Shown: piece after piece, positions 39,913 to 46,676 of the stretch
How the letters are laid out: each line of letters begins with the position of its first letter
Numbering within the stretch: position 1 is the stretch's first letter
Assembly: GCA_964386745.1 (NCBI GenBank)
Contig: CAYLSZ010000004.1
Span: forward strand, 1 to 46,676
Length of the DNA stretch: 46,676 bases
Direction: 5' to 3'
DNA from: an uncultured Staphylococcaceae bacterium
GTDB lineage: Bacteria > Bacillota_I > Bacilli_A > RFN20 > CAG-826
The notes under the pieces: model-generated
What the model was told of the DNA's origin: nothing
The model's database searches: none
What the model saw: only the letters and a program-made list of their open reading frames with translations
Position numbers and translations under genes: made by a program

Positions 39913-41522
39913 TCTTTTTTCTCTTCTTTTGTATCTTCTTTTGTTTCGGTAATAGGTTCTTTTATAGCTTCTTTACTATTTTCAATACCTTTAACACTTC
40001 CTTCACCAGCAGTTTCTACGACTAACTTTTTATCTTTTAAAATAATATTTGGATAGCCTTTATCGGTAACAAAAATCTTAAATATAATTGCTAAAGCAAT
40101 TATAACTACACCAGCTCCAGTAAAGACATAGCTCGTAATTTGGCTCGTATTATATTGATAATTACTATATCTCATTGGTTCTAAAATCGTTCTAGTTAAG
40201 CCATACCACACTAGATACATACCAATTGCACTTCCAAATGGAACGTAAGCTTTTAAGTTGTTATAGTCGTAATTCTTATAATCTTCGCCTTTGATTTTGA
40301 GTTGAAGCATCTTGATCCAGCGATATAAATATCCTTTTGAAAATAAGAAATAAATAAAGAAATATCCAACTAAATTTGAAATACATTCAATAAAGAATAA
40401 TGGTAAGAAAATATATCCTTCACCTAAATTTCCATAGTTACCATGGTTTCCATATGTCATATTATTCTTAACGAAAGTTGGAAGCCACGACCAATAAGTT
40501 GTACTTACCGCATTTCCATAAACTTCGTTATTAAAGAAATTACCCCATCTACCGACAGCTTGTGCAATTAAAATAGCTGGAACAATATAATCGACCATAT
40601 GGAGATAATTTATTCTCGTATAAGGTTCTTTTTTCATAGCGTATTTTTGAATTAAAACGACCGAAACGCCTGAGATTATACCTAAAATAGCGCCTCCCAT
40701 AATTCCAAGTCCACCGCTAGAAAAGTTGAATATATTGGTCCAATCTTGCATAAATGTGCTCGTAGCACCATTTTTTGTTATATCAAGTACGACGTACCAA
40801 AGTCTTGCGCCGATAATTCCCATTGGGAAGGCTATAATAAAGCACGTAAATAAAAGACTATGTTCGCCATAATATTTATATGTTAAGTGATTGCAAATAA
40901 AATAAACGATTATGGCTCCTGAAAGAATAAATACAGCATATAAATAGATATTTACTCCGCCAATACTCGAATTGTTATAAATATTAGTTAAATAAACTCC
41001 ATCGCTTCCAAAGTGGATGACGTTAGCAAGTGGATACGTAAAATATGGAGCGTTTCCTTCCATAAACGCAAAGAAGCAAATAATCATTAAAGGAATCGAA
41101 CAATAGAAAATTATTTTTCTAATTTTGAGTACCTTTGCACTTAATTTCTCTTTATCGATATAGTAATAAAAATAGAAACTATAGATAAATAAATCGATGC
41201 TTAGTATCGTTAAAATTCCAAAGAAATACGATAAGAATAAATGTCCACTTTGTAGACCACTTTCTAATCCAGCAATAATTTCTTGTGTCGCATCTTCAAT
41301 AAAAAATGCATAGTCAAGTAAGATAAAACCAGCGACTGTTAACGCTATCCCAATAGATGCTAAAACTACGTTTTTTCTAAAAAAAGCCTGCAGATCTAAG
41401 GTTTTTTCTTCGTTTTTTATACAGACTACCTTGTCTTTACTCATCTTATAAATGCTTAAGAAAATGACTATAAAACCTAAGATAAAGGCAACTAGTCCAG
41501 TGTAATAAATCGTACCGTGCAT
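39909..41522 (-). CDS. lgt: Prolipoprotein diacylglyceryl transferase with N-terminal membrane extension
   Basis: IGARLWYV, GGLGIMGG, AQAVGRWGNFFNNEVYG, PLFFIE, YGLTRTILEPMR. Confidence 0.9.
   Translation of the reverse strand: MHGTIYYTGLVAFILGFIVIFLSIYKMSKDKVVCIKNEEKTLDLQAFFRKNVVLASIGIALTVAGFILLDYAFFIEDATQEIIAGLESGLQSGHLFLSYFFGILTILSIDLFIYSFYFYYYIDKEKLSAKVLKIRKIIFYCSIPLMIICFFAFMEGNAPYFTYPLANVIHFGSDGVYLTNIYNNSSIGGVNIYLYAVFILSGAIIVYFICNHLTYKYYGEHSLLFTCFIIAFPMGIIGARLWYVVLDITKNGATSTFMQDWTNIFNFSSGGLGIMGGAILGIISGVSVVLIQKYAMKKEPYTRINYLHMVDYIVPAILIAQAVGRWGNFFNNEVYGNAVSTTYWSWLPTFVKNNMTYGNHGNYGNLGEGYIFLPLFFIECISNLVGYFFIYFLFSKGYLYRWIKMLQLKIKGEDYKNYDYNNLKAYVPFGSAIGMYLVWYGLTRTILEPMRYSNYQYNTSQITSYVFTGAGVVIIALAIIFKIFVTDKGYPNIILKDKKLVVETAGEGSVKGIENSKEAIKEPITETKEDTKEEKKE
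41382..41398 (+). repeat. Dispersed motif copy inside lgt (DLQAF frame)
   Basis: AAAAGCCTGCAGATCTA. Confidence 0.8.
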
Positions 41523-41534
41523 AGATTTTTCTCC

Positions 41535-44369
41535 TTATTTATCCTCTTCTAAAACTCGTTTTAAATATTGTCCTGTATAGCTATTTTTATTTTTGCTAAT
41601 TTCTTCTGGAGTTCCAGTAGCAACTATTCGACCGCCTTTATCTCCTCCATCTGGACCAATATCAATAATATAATCAGCAACTTTAATTACATCTAAATTG
41701 TGCTCAATAACGATGATCGTATCACCATTATCGACTATAGATTTTAAAACTTTTAATAGTCTATTTACATCATCAACATGTAAACCCGTTGTAGGTTCAT
41801 CTAATATATAAAGCGTTTTTCCTGTTGATTTCTTTTGTAAATAGTATGCTAATTTGATACGTTGAGCTTCTCCTCCGCTAAGCGTGGTAGCAGGTTGACC
41901 AAGTTTCATATAGCCCATTCCAACATCGCAAAGCGTTTTAAGTTTTCTAGCTAAACTTGGATAATTTTTGAAAAACGAATAGGCGTCTTCTATAGTCATT
42001 TCCAAGACGTCATATATATTTTTACCCTTGAATGTACATAATAATGTCTCAGAATTATAACGTTTTCCATTACATTCATCACATTTTACATAAACGTCAG
42101 GTAAAAAGTTCATTGGAATACGAGTTACGCCAGCACCCCAACAATGTTCACATCTTCCTCCAGGAAGATTGAACGAAAATCTACTTTTATCAAATCCATG
42201 AGCTTTCGCTTCGATAGTTTGAGCAAAAATCTCTCGGATATCGTCGAACGCCTTAACGTATGTTGCAGGGTTACTTCTAGGGGTTCTACCGATTGGCTCT
42301 TGAGAAATATTTATAACTTTATCGATATTTTCTAATCCTTTTAAATTCTTATATGGTCCAGGTTGAACGGATGCATTATTAAGTTCTTTTGTAATGGCTA
42401 AATATAAAGTTTCATTAATTAAACTCGATTTACCGCTTCCACTAACGCCTGTGACACAGGTAAACGTTCCTAAAGGTATCTTAGCATCAACATTTTTAAG
42501 GTTATTAATAGTACAACCGCTTATCTCTAAAAATTTTCTGTTTCCCTTCTTTCTTTCTTTAGGAACTTTGATATATTTTTCTTTTCTTAAATAAGCGCCA
42601 GTTATACTTCTTTCAGAATTTTTAATATCTTCAAGCGAGCCATTAGCTACAATTTCGCCACCATGTACTCCTGCTCCAGGACCAACATCGACTATATAAT
42701 CAGCACTTCTTAGCATCTCTTCATCATGTTCAACAACGATTAAAGTATTTCCTAAATCGCGCATCTCTTTTAAGGAGGCAATAAGTTTTTCATTATCTTT
42801 TTGATGTAAACCGATCGAAGGCTCATCTAAAACGTATAAAACGCCACTTAATTTCGATCCAATTTGCGTAGCGAGACGAATTCTTTGACTTTCTCCGCCG
42901 GATAAAGTCATCGACATACGCGATAAGGTTAAATATTCAAGACCGACATCTATTAAGAAGCTAAGTCTATTTTTAAGTTCGCCTAAAACTAAATCAGCTA
43001 TAGCAACTTGAGATTCGCTTAATTTTGAAGGTAAATCTAAAACCCATTTATAAAGTTGTTCAAGCGATAAACAGCTCACTTCATATATATTTAATCCATC
43101 AATTCTTACACTAAGAGCTTCTTTAGAAAGTCTAGCGCCGTTACATTCAGTACAGACTTTATCACGTAAAAATTTGCCATAATATTCGCGGTTAAATTCG
43201 CTACTTGTTTCTCTATATAACCTTTCAATTTTAGTTTTTATACCTTCAATATAACCAGTCGATTTTTTTACGTTACCCGAAACACTTGTAATCGTATAAG
43301 AAATTGGTTCACGACTTCCGTTCATTATTAAATCAATTTGATCATCAGTTAATTCCTTAAATGGAACATTTTTATCAATATGATAATAATTCAATAAAAC
43401 TTCAAAATTTTGCCAATCGAGATTAGTCGTATTAACTGTATTTTTATAGTAAAGAATAGCGCCTTCACTAATAGATAATTCTTTATCAGGAACGAGTAAA
43501 TCAATATCGACTTCTTGTTTAATTCCTAAGCCATTACAGCTTGGACAGCATCCTAAAGGAGAATTAAAAGAAAATAGTCTAGGTTCAAGTCGAGGAACAC
43601 TAAAGCCACAAATATCACAGGCGTTATGTTCACTATACAATTTATCGCCATGTTCATTAGAAACTACTACAAATCCATTTGACCATTCGCTCGCTAATTC
43701 ACACGCTTCAAAAACGCGGCTTCTAATATCTTCCTTAATCACAATTCTATCTATAACGATATCGATATTATGTCTTTTATTTTTATCGAGTTGAGGAACG
43801 TCTTCTATAAGCATCGATTCGCCATCAATTTTGACACGAGTAAAACCATTTTCTTTGATTTTGTTTAAAGTATCTTTATGAGTTCCTTTTTCGTTTCTTA
43901 CGATAGGAGATAAAATTTGGACTTTGCTTCCAATCCCTTCGCTTAAAACTATATCGGTTATTTTTTCGAGCGAAAAAGCAACGATTGGAACGTGATGATT
44001 TGGACAATATGGAACACCAATTCTTGCAAATAAGAGTCTTAAATAATCATATATTTCAGTCACTGTTCCGACAGTCGAACGAGGATTATGTGAAGTTGTT
44101 TTTTGATCAATGGCAATCGAAGGCGAAAGTCCTTCAATACTTTCAACGTCTGGTTTTTCAAAACTTCCTAAAAATTGTCGAGCATAACTTGATAAAGATT
44201 CAACATATCTTCTTTGACCTTCAGCGAATATCGTATCAAAAGCTAAAGTCGATTTTCCACTTCCACTAACTCCACTAAAAACAACGAGTTTTTCTTTAGG
44301 AATCGAAACGCTTACGTTTTTTAGATTATTTTCTTTTGCTCCAACAACTTTAATAAAATTTTTGTCCAT
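41535..44369 (-). CDS. uvrA: Excinuclease ABC subunit A
   Basis: GAKENNLKNV, two Walker A GVSGSGKS, zinc fingers, LSGGE signatures; start at 44369 or 44378. Confidence 0.98.
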   Translation of the reverse strand: MDKNFIKVVGAKENNLKNVSVSIPKEKLVVFSGVSGSGKSTLAFDTIFAEGQRRYVESLSSYARQFLGSFEKPDVESIEGLSPSIAIDQKTTSHNPRSTVGTVTEIYDYLRLLFARIGVPYCPNHHVPIVAFSLEKITDIVLSEGIGSKVQILSPIVRNEKGTHKDTLNKIKENGFTRVKIDGESMLIEDVPQLDKNKRHNIDIVIDRIVIKEDIRSRVFEACELASEWSNGFVVVSNEHGDKLYSEHNACDICGFSVPRLEPRLFSFNSPLGCCPSCNGLGIKQEVDIDLLVPDKELSISEGAILYYKNTVNTTNLDWQNFEVLLNYYHIDKNVPFKELTDDQIDLIMNGSREPISYTITSVSGNVKKSTGYIEGIKTKIERLYRETSSEFNREYYGKFLRDKVCTECNGARLSKEALSVRIDGLNIYEVSCLSLEQLYKWVLDLPSKLSESQVAIADLVLGELKNRLSFLIDVGLEYLTLSRMSMTLSGGESQRIRLATQIGSKLSGVLYVLDEPSIGLHQKDNEKLIASLKEMRDLGNTLIVVEHDEEMLRSADYIVDVGPGAGVHGGEIVANGSLEDIKNSERSITGAYLRKEKYIKVPKERKKGNRKFLEISGCTINNLKNVDAKIPLGTFTCVTGVSGSGKSSLINETLYLAITKELNNASVQPGPYKNLKGLENIDKVINISQEPIGRTPRSNPATYVKAFDDIREIFAQTIEAKAHGFDKSRFSFNLPGGRCEHCWGAGVTRIPMNFLPDVYVKCDECNGKRYNSETLLCTFKGKNIYDVLEMTIEDAYSFFKNYPSLARKLKTLCDVGMGYMKLGQPATTLSGGEAQRIKLAYYLQKKSTGKTLYILDEPTTGLHVDDVNRLLKVLKSIVDNGDTIIVIEHNLDVIKVADYIIDIGPDGGDKGGRIVATGTPEEISKNKNSYTGQYLKRVLEEDK

Positions 44370-44583
44370 AACGCCCATTATTATAAATAATGGGGAAATT
44401 ATTTTAAAGCGATTTGCCTAAATTAACCTTCTAAAGAAGGTTATATATGAGTCGCTATAGAAAACTCTAATAAAATAGAACACTTTTGAATATGCCATAA
44501 CCTTTTCTTTAACTCCGTAGCAAACCTTAAGGGGATAGCGGTCGCATGATTTCATTTTGCAAGAAACCATCCATTTTTGAGCA

Positions 44584-44600
44584 AAAACCCTGCAGATCTC
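44584..44600 (+). repeat. Dispersed motif copy (intergenic)
   Basis: Exact AAAACCCTGCAGATCTC followed by CACTTTTTTT. Confidence 0.9.
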
Positions 44601-44656
44601 CACTTTTTTTAAAAATAATTAAATATTTGAGAATATCAATATTAAGAATTCCAAAC

Positions 44657-44685
44657 AAAAAATAGCGGGATTAAACCCGCTATTT
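44657..44685 (-). terminator. Intrinsic terminator after lemA
   Basis: AAATAGCGGG-6nt-CCCGCTATTT with minus-strand T-run. Confidence 0.85.
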
Positions 44686-44704
44686 CTAGATTGTTTTGCT
44701 TTGA

Positions 44705-45373
44705 TTAGAAAAATACGCCTCTAGCTTTTTCTTTAACTTCTTGACTAGCTGTAAATGGAATACGCGTTGTATAACCAAGTTTAGCAGCAACGATAGCTTT
44801 AGTTGGCCATTCAAAAATAGCAGCATTCCAGCGATAGACGGTATCGTTATAAAGTTCTCTAGCCGCTGTAATTTCTTTTTGCAAGTAGCTATTTTGTTTA
44901 AGAGCTTCTTCGATTTCTTTATGTGCTTTTAAATCTGGATATTGTTCATAAGCAACATTGATTTGACCAAATAAGCGGTCGACTGCTTGGTTAGTTTCGT
45001 TTCTTGCGTTATCATTTTCAGCTTTACCGCCGCCACGATATTGAGCGACTTTTGTCATAACGTCTTTATCGAGTTCGATAGCTCTATCAACTAATTTTGC
45101 AGTATTTTGTAATATTACGACACGTTGTTCGAGATAGTTATCAATTTGCGAAGCATCGTGTTGAACCTTTTGTTCTAATTTTTGTAAATATACTTTTGCG
45201 TTAATCTTCTTAAATAAGAAGACTAAGCCTGGAATGATTAATAATACCCAAAGTATAACTTCAAAAAATTTCGACCCCCAACCGACAGTTACAGGGATTT
45301 GTTTTTGGATAACATTTACGTCTAATCCTTCTTTGTTAGGCGTATTTTCTAATTCGTTTAATGTGTTTGCCAT
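44705..45373 (-). CDS. lemA: LemA family protein
   Basis: Single TM, SQIDNYLEQR, EQYPDLKA, ITAARELYNDTV..WN..I..WP. Confidence 0.88.
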   Translation of the reverse strand: MANTLNELENTPNKEGLDVNVIQKQIPVTVGWGSKFFEVILWVLLIIPGLVFLFKKINAKVYLQKLEQKVQHDASQIDNYLEQRVVILQNTAKLVDRAIELDKDVMTKVAQYRGGGKAENDNARNETNQAVDRLFGQINVAYEQYPDLKAHKEIEEALKQNSYLQKEITAARELYNDTVYRWNAAIFEWPTKAIVAAKLGYTTRIPFTASQEVKEKARGVFF

Positions 45374-45399
45374 ATCACTTCCTCCTTTATTTATGATAC

Positions 45400-46676
45400 C
45401 TAATAATAATTATAATTATTATTAACATAATTAACAAACTTTAATTGGTCTTCATCGGTAAATACGTGCTCTTTAGGCAAATACATACCAATATAATTCT
45501 TATTTCTACCGAATGGTCCTTTATTTATATTCTCTTTAGGTTCTTTATCTTTCTTTTTGAGTTTACAAATAACGATTTGTGACTCAAAAACGAGTGGTTT
45601 ATACGTAAAATATTCAACTTTTACGTCGTATAGATTGCCATCTTGACACAAAACAGGGACGTATTCGACTTGTGGAATAGCTTGTAAAGATCTCGTAATG
45701 ACCATAAATATCTCGATTCCACCTTTTCGTCTTTCTTTCCATTTGACGTTATAGATGACATCAGTTGTCGTTAGAGGATGAGCAAATAATTTTTTATCCA
45801 TGCGATTAAGTAAAGATTCAGCTTCATAATCAGTTATGCGTTGTTGAGATTTTTTAACATCATATTTACTAGCTTCAGTCGTGTGATATAAAGGGATTGC
45901 GAGTATAGGTGCTAAGTCAAAATATAGCGAAGCAAATAGCCTACTTACGTATACTATAAAATTTGTTTTTATACTATCAACACTATACTTGTTAGAAAAA
46001 TAACTGCTTTCAAACGTAAAATTCGATTCAGCGTGTGTACTCGAAATTATGTTTAATTTCTTCTTTTTCACAAACGAAAAATCGTCTCCCCAAGGTCTTG
46101 TTCCTTTAATGAGTTCGACCATATTTTGTTGAGCTAGTGGCGTAAATAATAATCTAAATTGGACTTCGTGATCTCTATTTGTTGCTCCAAATAGCGCTTC
46201 AAATTCAGTATTAGCCATTGCTTGAAAACTATGACCAGTTTCGACAGCTTTATCGGTTATTTTTTCTAATTTCTTTGTTCTTTTTGTGACTATTTTTTGA
46301 ACATCATTATCGCTAAAAGTGTTGTTTATACCACTAGGATATCGATGAAACGATAAATCTGGTGCAGCTTCATTTCCATATACTAAATAAGCGTTTCTTA
46401 CAAAAACTGGAGCATCAGCCTTTATAGAAGCAGTCAAAGTCTGACTTTCTGTCGTTGTTGTTATATTACCTTCGCTATCATAATGAGTTTCTGTCCAAAA
46501 TACAGTGCGGTATCCATAATACGTTTTTGGAGCCATATAGCATCTAGCAAGACGAAATCTTATAAATGGATTATCTCCAATATTGCCTGACATAACATCT
46601 ACAATCGACTCATTCGTATCGTGTTTTGAATTGAATTGATACAATTCTTCAAGCATCTTCATTTTTGTTGAATCTA
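45400..46676 (-). CDS. Conserved hypothetical protein, 5'-truncated by window; resembles the mollicute MAG1210-type proteins that accompany lemA
   Basis: Frame is open to the window edge; blocks FEALFGATNRDHEVQFRLLFTPLAQ and YFDLAPILAIPLY; family assignment from memory only. Confidence 0.6.
   Translation of the reverse strand, partial: DSTKMKMLEELYQFNSKHDTNESIVDVMSGNIGDNPFIRFRLARCYMAPKTYYGYRTVFWTETHYDSEGNITTTTESQTLTASIKADAPVFVRNAYLVYGNEAAPDLSFHRYPSGINNTFSDNDVQKIVTKRTKKLEKITDKAVETGHSFQAMANTEFEALFGATNRDHEVQFRLLFTPLAQQNMVELIKGTRPWGDDFSFVKKKKLNIISSTHAESNFTFESSYFSNKYSVDSIKTNFIVYVSRLFASLYFDLAPILAIPLYHTTEASKYDVKKSQQRITDYEAESLLNRMDKKLFAHPLTTTDVIYNVKWKERRKGGIEIFMVITRSLQAIPQVEYVPVLCQDGNLYDVKVEYFTYKPLVFESQIVICKLKKKDKEPKENINKGPFGRNKNYIGMYLPKEHVFTDEDQLKFVNYVNNNYNYY

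Noticed and set aside
44515-44550. c-di-GMP-I riboswitch (GCAAAC...GG.CGCA resemblance)
   Set aside because: Lacks the GAAA tetraloop and GCAAAG elements, and its orientation has no downstream gene.
1801-44600. Motif as a cloning or adapter artefact (contains overlapping PstI CTGCAG and BglII AGATCT)
   Set aside because: Copies are degenerate, have conserved natural flanks, and sit in intact reading frames encoding plausible residues (e.g. AGF in Xth).
1801-44600. Motif as CRISPR repeat, REP/MITE or terminator
   Set aside because: Copies are kilobases apart, not arrayed, do not form inverted pairs or hairpins, and no cas or transposase gene is present.
1801-44600. Motif as strictly polar Chi/KOPS site or ordinary transcription-factor operator
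   Set aside because: Found on both strands (10 plus, 4 minus, with 3 more degenerate minus copies), longer than Chi/KOPS, and often mid-gene or between convergent genes; disfavoured but not fully excluded without whole-genome data.
44418-44603. 61-aa ORF MEICRVFAQK...
   Set aside because: Begins within the motif copy, has no SD and no recognisable domain; probably incidental.
1210-45425. Short antisense or alternate-frame ORFs in the track (e.g. 1210, 4545, 7790, 13862, 14432, 25920, 33041, 43985)
   Set aside because: Fully overlap well-supported genes and show shadow-ORF composition.

Overview
AT-rich (roughly 30% GC by eye) chromosomal segment of a low-GC Bacillota/Bacilli bacterium. TGA is used as a stop codon (code 11), and the condensed Bacillus-like gene order with some mollicute-like genes suggests a reduced-genome, probably uncultured Bacilli lineage (inference). 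Most genes are housekeeping: thrS with a T-box, gpmA, rpsD, xth, tyrS, apt, ccpA-like, trmB, pepV, rplM-rpsI, galU, truA, the ECF module, pepT, smpB, Cu and Zn/Cd P1B-ATPases, whiA, trxB, lgt, uvrA and lemA. Four very acidic surface lipoproteins are interspersed (a nuclease, two Ig-like paralogues, an M6-like protease). No transposase, integrase, phage gene, rRNA, tRNA or CRISPR array was seen. The standout signal is a dispersed, non-palindromic motif, AAAACCCTGCAGA(T/A)CTC, with conserved flanking A/T tracts. I count 14 good copies plus about 4 degenerate ones (about 1 per 3 kb), on both strands, half intergenic and half inside conserved genes in several reading frames. This distribution resembles the DNA uptake sequences of Neisseriaceae/Pasteurellaceae, which I do not know to be described in Bacilli; a chromosome-organising protein site is the main alternative. 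Other leads: a ~270-nt highly structured element upstream of the nuclease gene, an unannotated 55-aa membrane peptide, several apparently leaderless genes, a DKTNT variant of the P-type ATPase phosphorylation motif, and Apt with an extra C-terminal domain.
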